From contig CAWCRS010000005.1 of the NCBI GenBank assembly GCA_963798085.1, positions 768,001 to 832,000 on the forward strand: DNA of 64,000 bases, written 5' to 3'. Each line of letters begins with the position of its first letter. The first letter of the stretch is position 1. Below are positions 30,357 to 39,649 of this stretch, piece after piece. This DNA is from an uncultured Gemmatimonadales bacterium. Its GTDB lineage: Bacteria; Gemmatimonadota; Gemmatimonadetes; Longimicrobiales; RSA9. The notes under the pieces were generated by a model that worked only from the letters and a program-made list of their open reading frames with translations, did no database searches and had not been told where the DNA came from. A program made the translations under genes and the position numbers.

Positions 30357-30836
30357 TCAGATCGTCTCGATCGGGCAGGTCAGACCTTCCCAGCGGACTT
30401 CCGCACCCGCGGCCACACAGGCCGCGCACAGACCATAGATCTGCAAGCGGTAGCGCGCCGGCTGAAAACCGTGGCGCCGCGCTTCGTCCTCCTGCACCCG
30501 CACCAGCTCCGAGCTGTGAATCTCCGTCACCTTCCCGCACTCCGTGCACACCAGGTGCTCGCGTACCGGCTTCTGCCCGAACAGGTGCTCGTACCGCTTG
30601 AAGCCCTCGCCGAAATCGTGCTCCTCCACCAAACCGCTCTTCACCAGCATCTCGAGCGTCCGATAGATCGTCGCCTTGCCGATGCGCTCACCCCGATCGC
30701 GCAGCTGCGCCTCGATCTCGTCCACCGACAGGTGGCCCTGTCCCGCGAACACGACCTCCGCAACCGCCTCCCGCTGCTGCGTCACCGGCAGCCCGCGGTC
30801 CCTCAGATATCGGCGAAAGAGGTGAACGAACGACAC
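30357..30836 (-). CDS. fur: Fur family transcriptional regulator
   Basis: TQQR, HLSVDEI, ATIYRTL, HLVCTECG, YGLCAAC; GTG start with GGAGG RBS. Confidence 0.92.
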   Translation of the reverse strand: MSFVHLFRRYLRDRGLPVTQQREAVAEVVFAGQGHLSVDEIEAQLRDRGERIGKATIYRTLEMLVKSGLVEEHDFGEGFKRYEHLFGQKPVREHLVCTECGKVTEIHSSELVRVQEDEARRHGFQPARYRLQIYGLCAACVAAGAEVRWEGLTCPIETI

Positions 30837-30861
30837 GCGAATCCTCCACGGCGGACCAAAC

Positions 30862-30880
30862 GATAATGATTATGGATAGC
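30862..30880. promoter_or_regulatory. Fur box overlapping the putative -10 of fur
   Basis: GATAATGATTATGGATAGC matches the classical GATAATGATAATCATTATC at 14/19. The minus strand contains CATAAT; the box lies 25 bp upstream of the start. Confidence 0.65.
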
Positions 30881-30937
30881 GAAGATCATCAGCCGCCGCA
30901 ACGAGCACTCCGCTCGATGCGTACCGCGGGACCTCGA

Positions 30938-31504
30938 TCAGGCGTCCGGTTCTGCTGCCATGAGAAGCGACGCATCGCTCGCGGAAGTCGACGGCGAGGC
31001 ATCGTCGGGGGTGGTGGTCAGGGGCACCGCTGGCTCTGCTGCAACGGCATCAGGCGACGTTGCTGCCCCGCGTCCCTGCGCGCTCTCGTCCGCGGGCGCA
31101 CCCAGCGCACGCAGGAGTGCACGCCAGCGTTCCGGCTCCCCGTTGATGGATTCCGCGCGTGGAGGTTGGGTGGCGTCGTCGCCCAACCGCCGTACCACGC
31201 CTTCGACCACACGCGCCAGCGCATCGGCGGGTGCGGTAGCGTACTCGTAGATCTCCTCCTGCACCGTCGCTCTGGCCTTGCGGTCGCGTGTGACCAGCCA
31301 GCGGACGGCGCCCACCCGCCGGCGCTCAGGTGCGCCCGGCTCGAACACGGCAAGAACGACGACGGTGCTCTCGACACCGGAGGCGCGCCGTGTGGGGAAG
31401 ATCCAGAGCGCGTCGATTGCAGCGACCGCCACGCGCGCCGTGAGTCGCTGCAGCAGTGAGTGCAACGCGCCTTCATCCGCGAGGTTCACCCACTGGCTGA
31501 TCAC
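30938..31504 (-). CDS. Hypothetical protein
   Basis: GTGA overlap with the upstream stop; globular N-terminal part and acidic low-complexity tail. Confidence 0.7.
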   Translation of the reverse strand: MISQWVNLADEGALHSLLQRLTARVAVAAIDALWIFPTRRASGVESTVVVLAVFEPGAPERRRVGAVRWLVTRDRKARATVQEEIYEYATAPADALARVVEGVVRRLGDDATQPPRAESINGEPERWRALLRALGAPADESAQGRGAATSPDAVAAEPAVPLTTTPDDASPSTSASDASLLMAAEPDA

Positions 31505-32628
31505 CTTGTCCTCCGCAGGGGTGGGGCGGGCGCTTCCGCGCCGATCTCGTGCTCGACGAAGTAGCGCAGCACGTGCAGGAAATCCTGTGCGTTGGTGATC
31601 ACGCCGAAGGCCTGGTGCGTCCCGCGGTCCTTGAGTTTGCTGACCACGAACTCGGATGAATCGACCGCAATCGTAGCCAGCGGGCGCAGCGACTGGTCGG
31701 CCTCCACCACGTATGATGGCAGCATGTTACCAAAGCCGATGGAGTGCAGCGCGGTGGCGATCATGATGGCCATGGTCGCTTTGCGCGCGTGCTCGCGCAT
31801 CAGCTCCTGGGCGCGGGTCGTGTCGGTGATGGTGTCGAGGAGCGGCCCGTCATCGCGTACGGAGCCGGCCAGCACGAAGGGCACATCGTACCGCACGCAG
31901 GCGTGCATGATGCCTTCGGTCAGGATGCCCTGGTCGACGGCGTGGGCAATGGAGCCCGCACGCGCAATGCGGTTGATGGCGCGCATGTGGAAGCCGTGGC
32001 CGCCGGGCACGGGCCGGCCGCTGCGATCCATGCCCAGCGTAGTGCCCAGCAGTGCCTGCTCAATGTCGTGCACACCAATGGCGTTGCCGCCCAGGAGCGC
32101 GTTGACGAAGCCGCGCTCCACGAACCAGGTGACGAGGTCGCGGCCGCGCGAGTGGAGCACGGCGGGGCCCAGCACCCAGACAATGTGGCCACCGCGGTCG
32201 CGTTCCGCCACCAGCAGCCTGGCCATTTCGGGATAATCGACCGGCTTCTCGCGGCTGACTTCGGAGCGCATGAACGCGAAGTCTTCCGAGGCTTCATCGA
32301 GGAAGCCGTGCGAGTTCACGAAGATGCCTTCACTGCCATCCTCGGCGAAGCCCACGGCGATGCGCTGATCGCGTTTCACGTAGCGACCCTCGAGCACTTC
32401 CAGTGAGCCGTCGTGGTGCAGCACGATGCCGCTGTCCATGCGCGGAAAGCGCGGCAGCTGCCAGCTGCCGTTCAGCTTCACGTACGTGGGCAGGTTGGTG
32501 GTGGGGAAAAAACCCTCCGGGAGAACGCCGTCCGCCGGTGCGGGATCGAAGCGCGCGTCGGGCGCCTGCGCCAGGCGAGGCTCGCTGAAATCAGGAGGAC
32601 GGTAGGACGTCACGTTCGCGGGCTGCAC
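31501..32628 (-). CDS. TIGR00300-like protein (LOR/SDH conserved region; related to the ornithine-cyclodeaminase part of ArgZ/AgrE)
   Basis: APADGVLPEGF..TTNLPT, RMD, FMRSEVSREK, GNAIGVHDIE, GTTLG, LAGSVRDDGPL, LHSIGFGN, KLKDRG. Confidence 0.82.
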   Translation of the reverse strand: MQPANVTSYRPPDFSEPRLAQAPDARFDPAPADGVLPEGFFPTTNLPTYVKLNGSWQLPRFPRMDSGIVLHHDGSLEVLEGRYVKRDQRIAVGFAEDGSEGIFVNSHGFLDEASEDFAFMRSEVSREKPVDYPEMARLLVAERDRGGHIVWVLGPAVLHSRGRDLVTWFVERGFVNALLGGNAIGVHDIEQALLGTTLGMDRSGRPVPGGHGFHMRAINRIARAGSIAHAVDQGILTEGIMHACVRYDVPFVLAGSVRDDGPLLDTITDTTRAQELMREHARKATMAIMIATALHSIGFGNMLPSYVVEADQSLRPLATIAVDSSEFVVSKLKDRGTHQAFGVITNAQDFLHVLRYFVEHEIGAEAPAPPLRRTR

Positions 32629-32649
32629 TCCGTTGTGTGTTGCCGCAAT

Positions 32650-33717
32650 CTAACCGCCGTCACGATCGGGGCGGAAGCCCAGTCCCGACTCGCGCAGTGC
32701 GGCGCGCGCGGCATCGAGCACGCGTGGCACCACGTCCGACATTGGCTCCGCGACGAGCGCACCCAATGCCTTGATGTGACCGCCGCCACCGAACTGCCTG
32801 GCAATGGCGTTCACGTTGGCCGGTCCGCTCGAGCGCAGCGAGATCTTGGTCGATCCATCCGGCGTCTCGCGGAACAGAATCGCGATCTCGGTGCCCTTGA
32901 CCGCCCTCGCCTGTTCGACAATACCATCGAGGTCTTCGTTGGTCGTGCCTGTCTGCTCCATGACGCTGCGCTCCAGAACGATCCACGTGAGCGGCAGGTC
33001 CGGATCCACTTCCAGTCGCGCCAGTGCCTGCTGCAGCAGGCGCAGACGGCGCAGCGGCATGGACGCGAAGACCGCGCGATAAACCTCTTCCGGATTCACA
33101 CCCTGCGCGATGAGGTCGCCGGCGACGGCGTGCGCGCGCGCCGAAGTGTTGGAGAAACGGAACGAACCGGTATCCGTGGCGATGGCGGTATACACGCCTC
33201 GCGTGATGGCCAGCGGCCAGGGCCGTTCCGCGCCGGCGGTCACCAGGAGATCATAGATCAGCTCGCCGGTGGCCGCCGCGCTGTCGTCCTGGATCGCCGT
33301 GCCCTGAATCGGCTCCTGCGATGGCATGTGGTGATCGATGACAATGACGTTGCGCCCGCTCAGGGCCGTGGCCACGCGACCAATGCGCTCACGCTCGCTG
33401 GTGTCCACCACGACCAGGGTATCCGCATCGCGCAGCGCCGCCGACGTGCGCACGGTCCCCGGATCCACGATCTGCGACGGGTCTTCCAGCAGGTGGCGGT
33501 AGAGGTCCGGGAAGGGCGTGGGGTTCACGATAACAGCGGGTTTGCCCAGCTGTGCGAGCCAGCAGGCCAGTGCGGCCTCGCAACCGGCGCCATCGCCGTC
33601 CGCGTTGACGTGCGTGGTGAGCGCCACGCGTCGTGCGCTGTGCAGTGCGGCGGCAATGCGCTGCAGCGGTGCGCGCCGGTGTTCGGGCACGGGGACAGGC
33701 GGCGGTCGCTGTATCAC
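32650..33717 (-). CDS. nrnA: DHH/DHHA1 phosphoesterase (NrnA-like oligoribonuclease/PAP phosphatase)
   Basis: HVNADGD, VVVD, IDHH, TDTGSFRF, SLRS, GGGGH; GTG start overlaps the coaE stop. Confidence 0.88.
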   Translation of the reverse strand: MIQRPPPVPVPEHRRAPLQRIAAALHSARRVALTTHVNADGDGAGCEAALACWLAQLGKPAVIVNPTPFPDLYRHLLEDPSQIVDPGTVRTSAALRDADTLVVVDTSERERIGRVATALSGRNVIVIDHHMPSQEPIQGTAIQDDSAAATGELIYDLLVTAGAERPWPLAITRGVYTAIATDTGSFRFSNTSARAHAVAGDLIAQGVNPEEVYRAVFASMPLRRLRLLQQALARLEVDPDLPLTWIVLERSVMEQTGTTNEDLDGIVEQARAVKGTEIAILFRETPDGSTKISLRSSGPANVNAIARQFGGGGHIKALGALVAEPMSDVVPRVLDAARAALRESGLGFRPDRDGG

Positions 33718-34979
33718 TGCGCGGCCCGTCGCTCGATGTCGCGCCAGACTGCAGCGGCCCTTGCCTCCAGCTGCTCGGGTGTGCCCGCGTTCTCGATCAC
33801 GATCACGTCCGGGTTGCGTTTGCGTGCGGCCGCCCATTGCGCGGCGATCATGCGTTGCGCCTCCTCCGGGGCGAGCCCGCGCCGGCTGACCAGCCGCTCC
33901 AGGCGCACCGCTTCGGGCGCATCCACCAGCACCACGGTGTCGAAGGCGCGCTCCATGCCCACTTCGAACAGCAACGGAATGATGTGGGCGACGATGTTCT
34001 TTCCGGCTTCCGTCGCGCTGCGCTCTGCCGCCTGGCGCAGCCGCTCGATCTCGGGGTGCAGGATGGCTTCCAGCCGCTGGCGGGCGGCGGCATCGGCGAA
34101 CACGCGCTGGCGCAGTGCCGCGCGATCGATGGCGCCATCGGGTTGCACCACGTCGGCGTCGAAGGCCGCGGCCACTGCGGCGGCGCCGGGCGTACCCGGC
34201 TCCACCGCGCGCCGCGCCAGCACATCGGCATCGATGAGCGTAGCGCCCAGGCGCTGCCAGACATCGGCCACGCTCGACTTGCCACTCGCGATGTTGCCTG
34301 TCAGTGCCACGCGATACACGTGGTTTCCGCCTGTCCTCGCGCCGTCCGTTCGCTCGCCCGCGTCGTGGGGCACTCCGGCGTGCGCCCGCCTGCGCCACAC
34401 GACGATGGCCGCGCTCAGGAGCACCACACCGATGAGCAGGGCGCTTGCGCTGCCGATCGCGCGGGCCACGACGTGCCAGCTCTCGCGCGCCAGAAAACCC
34501 GCGAACACGGACGCCGTTCCCCAGGCCACGACGCCCAGCACGTCGTAGAAGAAGAAGCGCGGCCACGGCATGCGCGTCATGCCTGCGAACCACGGCATGA
34601 GCGTGCGCACGAAGGACACGAAGCGCGCCAGCGAGACGGCCACGATGGCGTGACTGCGGAACAGCACGGTGGCGCGCGCCTCGTGCCGTGACCAGAGGCG
34701 GCCCAGCCAGCCCTGTTTCGCTGCCGCGCGCCGCCCGCCCAGGCGTCCCAGCGAATAGCCGATCTGATCGCCGGCCAGTCCGCCCAGAATCGTCGCCGCC
34801 AGTACGTGTTCCAGTTCGAACACCTGCTCCGCGGCCAGGAAGGCGGCAACCAGGATCGTCGCTTCCGCCGGCACCAGCAGGCCGATGAAAAATGCGGTCT
34901 CGACCAGGGTCACGACGAAGACGACCCCGGGTCCGACCGCCCGCATTATGTCGATGATCTGGCCGAGTAGCGCTTCCAA
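33714..34979 (-). CDS. coaE: DedA-domain / dephospho-CoA kinase fusion
   Basis: N-terminal ETAFFIGLLVPAE, GDQIGYSLGR, ARFVSFVRT (DedA) is in frame with ALTGNIASGKS, IDAD, IDRAALR, LHP, IPLLFE (CoaE). Confidence 0.88.
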   Translation of the reverse strand: MEALLGQIIDIMRAVGPGVVFVVTLVETAFFIGLLVPAEATILVAAFLAAEQVFELEHVLAATILGGLAGDQIGYSLGRLGGRRAAAKQGWLGRLWSRHEARATVLFRSHAIVAVSLARFVSFVRTLMPWFAGMTRMPWPRFFFYDVLGVVAWGTASVFAGFLARESWHVVARAIGSASALLIGVVLLSAAIVVWRRRAHAGVPHDAGERTDGARTGGNHVYRVALTGNIASGKSSVADVWQRLGATLIDADVLARRAVEPGTPGAAAVAAAFDADVVQPDGAIDRAALRQRVFADAAARQRLEAILHPEIERLRQAAERSATEAGKNIVAHIIPLLFEVGMERAFDTVVLVDAPEAVRLERLVSRRGLAPEEAQRMIAAQWAAARKRNPDVIVIENAGTPEQLEARAAAVWRDIERRAAQ

Positions 34980-34989
34980 CGAGCTCCGC

Positions 34990-35391
34990 TCAGAATGGAA
35001 TCGTCTTGCGAATGTCGTCCGAGGTTCCGCGCTGGCCGTCCTGTCCGACCGACCCGACCGTCATGATGCCGGCCACACGGATCAGGTAGTAGGGATGGTT
35101 CCAGGCATCCTTGCCGTTGTTCTTGGTCAGGATGCGCTTCGACATCCAGCGCTGGAACGTTCGCTCATCGGGCACTTCCTTGCCCTCTGTGCGAGCCAGC
35201 AGGATCTGATCGATGATGAAGCTGACTTCGCTGCTTGTCGAGTAGCGGTGGACCGGCGTGAGCACCGTCTCGCCGAACGGGCCCATGCGCTCGAGCGCCG
35301 GCCTGGCGGCGTACACCATGCGTGCCCGTGTGGGTGGATACGCCCAGGCGAAGCCCAGCAGAATCAGTGCGATCAGTCCGCTCTTCAGCAT
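34990..35391 (-). CDS. Membrane-anchored protein with a GspG-like C-terminal motif
   Basis: N-terminal hydrophobic segment; DAWNHPY..SVGQDGQRGTSDDI; RBS GGAGG. Confidence 0.65.
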   Translation of the reverse strand: MLKSGLIALILLGFAWAYPPTRARMVYAARPALERMGPFGETVLTPVHRYSTSSEVSFIIDQILLARTEGKEVPDERTFQRWMSKRILTKNNGKDAWNHPYYLIRVAGIMTVGSVGQDGQRGTSDDIRKTIPF

Positions 35392-35452
35392 GCGTGCAGC
35401 CTCCGGGTTTCCCGCCGTCCCCGCTGTTGCGCGGCGCGTGGTCGGGAACCCA

Positions 35453-35716
35453 CTATCGTTGCTTCGCGGGTCGCATGGCCAGCGCCCATTCCAGGTAGCG
35501 CTGCAACTCGACGGCTTCCGGCTGGTGCCCCGCGTCGCCCCACGCCGTGTGCATGCGCCACGCCAGAAACGCGCGCGGCGGCAACGGCAGGAATGGCGCT
35601 CTGCGGTACCAGTCACGCGACCGGAACCGCCACGCGGTCCGCAGCAACGCCCAACCCAGTCGCGGTCGTTGTGCGGCGAGCCGCACCATGCGCAACAGTG
35701 TCGACCCGTATCTCAA
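35453..35716 (-). CDS. Small basic hypothetical protein
   Basis: 87 aa, Trp/Arg-rich (WYRRAPFLPLPP..WRMHTAWG); fills the gap at the head of the operon; TTG start. Confidence 0.6.
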   Translation of the reverse strand: MRYGSTLLRMVRLAAQRPRLGWALLRTAWRFRSRDWYRRAPFLPLPPRAFLAWRMHTAWGDAGHQPEAVELQRYLEWALAMRPAKQR

Positions 35717-35777
35717 TATCGGCCTGCCCGGCCTGCAGCTATACGCATGTCGCGGCCGAAAAATAGCCGGGCTGCCG

Positions 35778-35806
35778 TTGGCATGTAAACCGACGCCGGG
35801 TATAAT
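35778..35806 (+). promoter_or_regulatory. Sigma70 promoter of the E1 gene
   Basis: TTGGCA (35778-35783), 17 bp, TATAAT (35801-35806); 86 bp upstream of the ATG. Confidence 0.75.
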
Positions 35807-35892
35807 AGGCTACTATTCCAGCGCCCTCGCGCCCGAGCACGAGGACCGTCCGCTCTCGCGTGGCGGCGCATTTGTGAAACCGACGCGCAAGC

Positions 35893-38019
35893 ATGGCAAC
35901 CAAGGCAAGACCCACCAGCCGGAAGCGGACGCAGCCCCCGGATGAAGCGACGCTGCTCGGCTTCTATCGCACCATGGTCGCGGCGCGCAGGACCGACGAT
36001 CAGGAAATCCTGCTGAAACGCCAGAACCGCATTTTCTTCCAGATCTCGGGCGCCGGACACGAAGGCGTGCAGGCGGGCATTGCCCCGCATCTGCGGCCCG
36101 GCTCCGACTGGTTCTATCTCTACTACCGCGATCGCGCACTGACGCTCGCTCTGGGCATGACGCCCTACGACCATCTGCTCCAGGCGGTGGGTGCGGAGAG
36201 TGATCCGTCGAGTGGCGGACGCCAGATGCCTTCGCACTGGGGCCAGCGCGAGCTGCGCATTGCCAGCACATCATCGCCCACGGGCACGCAGTTCCTGCAG
36301 GCCGTGGGCTGCGCCGAGGCGGGCATGCGCGCCGGTCGCGATGCGCGGATGCGCGAGCGGCTGGAAGCCTTCGTGGATGACGAGATCGTGCTCTGCACCA
36401 CAGGCGAGGGCCAGACCTCGGAGGGCGAGTTCTGGGAGGCCCTGAACAGCGCCTGCAACATGCAGCTGCCGGTGCTGTTCCTGGTCGAGGACAACGGGTA
36501 CGCCATCTCCGTGCCCGTCGAGGTGAACACGCCCGGCGGCCGCATCAGCCAGGTGGTGCGCAGCTTCCCCAACCTCTACGTCGAGGAATTCGACGGCTGC
36601 GACGTAATCGCGAGTTATGAGGCGGGCGCGCGCGCCGTGGCGCACTGCCGTTCGCGCCAGGGACCGGCACTGCTGCACGCGCACGTGATCCGGCCCTACT
36701 CGCACTCCAATTCCGACGACGAGCGGGCGTATCGTCCGGATGAGGAGCGCAAGCTGGACGCCACCCGTGATCCCATTCCCAACTTCCGCCGCTGGCTGAT
36801 CGAGCACGAAGTGGCCAGTGCGGCGGAACTCGCTGCACTGGAACAGGAAGTCGATGCCGAGGTGAAGGCCGCGTCCAACCGTGCCGTCGAGCAGGCACAG
36901 CCCGCGCCGTCCACGGCCATGCTGCACCTCTATTCCCGCGATGTGGATCCGACGGGCGCTGCCTTCGACACCGAAGACCGTCCCGACTTCCGCGGCGATG
37001 AGACCACCATGGTGGACCTCATCAACGCGGCGCTGCGCGATGAGATGGAGCGTGACGCGCGCATCGTCGTGTTCGGCGAGGATGTGGCCGACGCCTCGCG
37101 CGAGGATGTGCTGGAGCAGGTGAAGGGCAAGGGCGGCGTCTTCAAGTGCACCTGGGGACTGCAGCGCCGCTTCGGTTCCAACCGCGTGTTCAATTCACCG
37201 CTGGCCGAGGCCAACATCGTGGGCCGGGCGGTGGGCATGGCCACGCGTGGCCTCAAGCCGGTGGTCGAGATCCAGTTCTTCGACTACATCTGGCCGGCCA
37301 TGATGCAGCTGCGCAACGAGCTGGCCACGATGCGCTATCGTTCGGGCGGTGCCTGGGCTTCACCCGTGGTGGTGCGTGTCGCGTACGGCGGCTACCTCAA
37401 GGGCGGCGCCATCTATCACTCGCAGACGGGCGAAACGCTGTTCACGCACACGCCCGGCCTGCGCGTGGTGCTGCCGGCCACGGCACTCGATGCCAACGGC
37501 CTGCTGCGCACTGCCATCCGCTGCGAAGATCCCGTGATGTTCCTCGAGCACAAACACCTCTATCGCCAGGTCTACAACAAGGGGAAGGATCCGGGACCGG
37601 ATTTCATGATTCCCTTCGGCAAGGCGAAAGTCGTGCGCACCGGAACGGATCTCACGGTGGTGACCTGCGGTGCGCTGGTGAAGCGCTCTCTCGATGCCGC
37701 GCGCATCGCCGAAGAGCGCGGCATCAGCGTCGAAGTGATCGACCTGCGTTCGCTCAATCCGCTGGACATGGAGTGCATCGCGGAATCCGTGCGCAAGACC
37801 AGCAAGGTCGTCGTCGCCCACGAGGACTCGCTCTCCTGGGGCATCGGCTCCGAGATCGCCGCCCGCCTTGCCGGTGAGCTGTTCGAATGGCTGGACGGCC
37901 CCGTGCGCCGCGTCGCCTCCCTCGATACCTGGGTCGCCTACGCACCCCAGCTCGAAGACGAGATCCTGCCCCAGGTCGACGACGTGCTGGGGGCCATCGT
38001 TGAGCTGGCTGCCTATTAA
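35893..38019 (+). CDS. 2-oxoacid (probably branched-chain) dehydrogenase E1, fused alpha/beta
   Basis: GAGHE, YYRD, ThDP motif [43 protein letters not shown]. Confidence 0.93.
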   Translation: MATKARPTSRKRTQPPDEATLLGFYRTMVAARRTDDQEILLKRQNRIFFQISGAGHEGVQAGIAPHLRPGSDWFYLYYRDRALTLALGMTPYDHLLQAVGAESDPSSGGRQMPSHWGQRELRIASTSSPTGTQFLQAVGCAEAGMRAGRDARMRERLEAFVDDEIVLCTTGEGQTSEGEFWEALNSACNMQLPVLFLVEDNGYAISVPVEVNTPGGRISQVVRSFPNLYVEEFDGCDVIASYEAGARAVAHCRSRQGPALLHAHVIRPYSHSNSDDERAYRPDEERKLDATRDPIPNFRRWLIEHEVASAAELAALEQEVDAEVKAASNRAVEQAQPAPSTAMLHLYSRDVDPTGAAFDTEDRPDFRGDETTMVDLINAALRDEMERDARIVVFGEDVADASREDVLEQVKGKGGVFKCTWGLQRRFGSNRVFNSPLAEANIVGRAVGMATRGLKPVVEIQFFDYIWPAMMQLRNELATMRYRSGGAWASPVVVRVAYGGYLKGGAIYHSQTGETLFTHTPGLRVVLPATALDANGLLRTAIRCEDPVMFLEHKHLYRQVYNKGKDPGPDFMIPFGKAKVVRTGTDLTVVTCGALVKRSLDAARIAEERGISVEVIDLRSLNPLDMECIAESVRKTSKVVVAHEDSLSWGIGSEIAARLAGELFEWLDGPVRRVASLDTWVAYAPQLEDEILPQVDDVLGAIVELAAY

Positions 38020-38030
38020 CGGATTCTCAC

Positions 38031-38277
38031 TGCGTTGCTGGCGCTGGTTGCCGGGGCCGGGGCGCGGATTCTGCGCGGCGTAGTTCCGCGGGGGGCGGAT
38101 AAGCAGATCGGCGTCAGCAAGGCGCCTATAACTCAGAATTAGCGCCGTGCGGCCCTGCCCGGCAAACGAAGTTCAGTCCATGCGATTCGTTCCGGTGACC
38201 GAGCCCGGCAACGAGTCCCAGCTGCGTCGTTCAATCCTGACGATCCGTTAGCCCCAGCAACCAGCCCCGGCAACGCA
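38031..38277. repeat. About 247 bp element bounded by 27-bp imperfect inverted repeats (MITE/REP-like)
   Basis: Left TGCGTTGCTGGCGCTGGTTGCCGGGGC (38031-38057) versus the reverse complement of the right arm (38251-38277): 24/27 identical. Confidence 0.72.
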
Positions 38278-38335
38278 TTTCGATTCCCGACGGCCGCAGC
38301 AGACCTTACAGAACCTGACACGATCCTGGCACCCA

Positions 38336-39649
38336 ATGTCCGACCTCTTTTTTGCCCGTTCGCTGATGGCGCTCTCGCTGGCGTTCCACATCATCTTCGC
38401 GGTCGTGGGCATGGGCATGCCGCTGCTCATGGTGATCGCGGAGGGGCGGTGGCTGCGGACCGGCGATGCGGTGCTGCTGGAGCTGAGTCATCGCTGGGCG
38501 AAGGGCACCGCGATTCTGTTCGGTGTGGGGGCGGCGTCGGGCACGGTGCTGTCCTTCGAGCTGGGCCTGCTGTGGCCGGACTTCATGCGTCTGGCGGGCA
38601 GCATCATCGGCATGCCGTTCTCGCTCGAGGGATTCGCCTTCTTCACGGAAGCGATCTTCCTCGGGCTCTACCTGTACGGCTGGGAGCGCATCCCGCGGCT
38701 GGCGCACTGGTTGTGCGGCCTGGTCGTGGCTATCAGCGGGTTAGCATCGGCCGTGTTCGTGATGACTGCCAATGCCTGGATGAACGCGCCCACCGGCTTT
38801 CGCATGGAAGCGGGACGCGTGGTCGATGTCGATCCGCTGGCGGCCATGACGGGGCCCGCCGCGCTGCCCCAGGCCGGGCACATGGTGCTGGCCGCGTACC
38901 TGGCCACGGGCGCCATCGTCGCCGGCGTGCACGCGTACTTCCTGCTGCGTTCGCCTGACAGCGTGTTTCATCGCCGCGCCATGGGCATCGCGCTCGCTGT
39001 GGTCGCGTTGTGCGCGCCCCTGCAGTTCCTGAGCGGCGACAGTGTCGCGCGCATGACGGCGAGGCTGCAGCCGGTGAAGTTCGCGGCGCTGGAGGCGCAC
39101 TACCACACGGAACCCCGGGCGCCGCTGCTGATCGGTGGACTCCCCGATGATGATGCCATGGCCGTGCACGGCGCCGTTCCGGTACCGTGGGGCCTCAGCC
39201 TGATGGCGTGGCGGGATGCGGCCGCACCCGTACGTGGCCTGGCCGATTTCCCGCGCGACCTCTGGCCCGACACGCGCATCGTGCACACGGCCTTCGACAT
39301 CATGGTGGGCAGCGCCACGCTGCTGCTGCTGCTCGGGGTGTGGAGCACGCTCCGCTGGCTGCGTCGTCGCGCGCCCGCCGATGCGCGCGGACTGCTTCGC
39401 CTTGCCGTCCTGGCTGCGCCATGCGGTTTCATTGCCATAGAGGCTGGCTGGGTGGTGACCGAGGTGGGTCGCCAGCCGTGGATCATCCAGGGTGTGCTGC
39501 GCACGCGTGATGCGGTCACGCCCGTGCACGGACTGTTCGTTCCTTTCCTGCTCATCGGTTCGCTCTACCTGGTGCTCGCGGTCGTGATGCTCTTCGCGCT
39601 GCGGGCTCAGTTCCTGGAAACGCGGGCGCCGTCGCCGGGGCACGCCTGA
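38336..39649 (+). CDS. cydA: Cytochrome bd quinol oxidase subunit I
   Basis: FHIIF, GTVLSFELG, EGFAFFTEAIFLG, ANAWMN, QPVKFAALE, GWVVTEVGRQPW. Confidence 0.96.
   Translation: MSDLFFARSLMALSLAFHIIFAVVGMGMPLLMVIAEGRWLRTGDAVLLELSHRWAKGTAILFGVGAASGTVLSFELGLLWPDFMRLAGSIIGMPFSLEGFAFFTEAIFLGLYLYGWERIPRLAHWLCGLVVAISGLASAVFVMTANAWMNAPTGFRMEAGRVVDVDPLAAMTGPAALPQAGHMVLAAYLATGAIVAGVHAYFLLRSPDSVFHRRAMGIALAVVALCAPLQFLSGDSVARMTARLQPVKFAALEAHYHTEPRAPLLIGGLPDDDAMAVHGAVPVPWGLSLMAWRDAAAPVRGLADFPRDLWPDTRIVHTAFDIMVGSATLLLLLGVWSTLRWLRRRAPADARGLLRLAVLAAPCGFIAIEAGWVVTEVGRQPWIIQGVLRTRDAVTPVHGLFVPFLLIGSLYLVLAVVMLFALRAQFLETRAPSPGHA

Noticed and set aside
32650..34593. 647-aa version of the DHH protein
   Set aside because: The upstream part is an alternate frame of DedA-CoaE; the real start is the GTG at 33717.
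35893..38019. E1 alpha/beta fusion as a novelty
   Set aside because: Fused E1 subunits are well known in several bacterial phyla.
38020..38335. CRISPR array, riboswitch or tRNA in the E1-cydA intergenic region
   Set aside because: The repeats are inverted and degenerate, not regularly spaced direct repeats; no cloverleaf or known aptamer was recognised.
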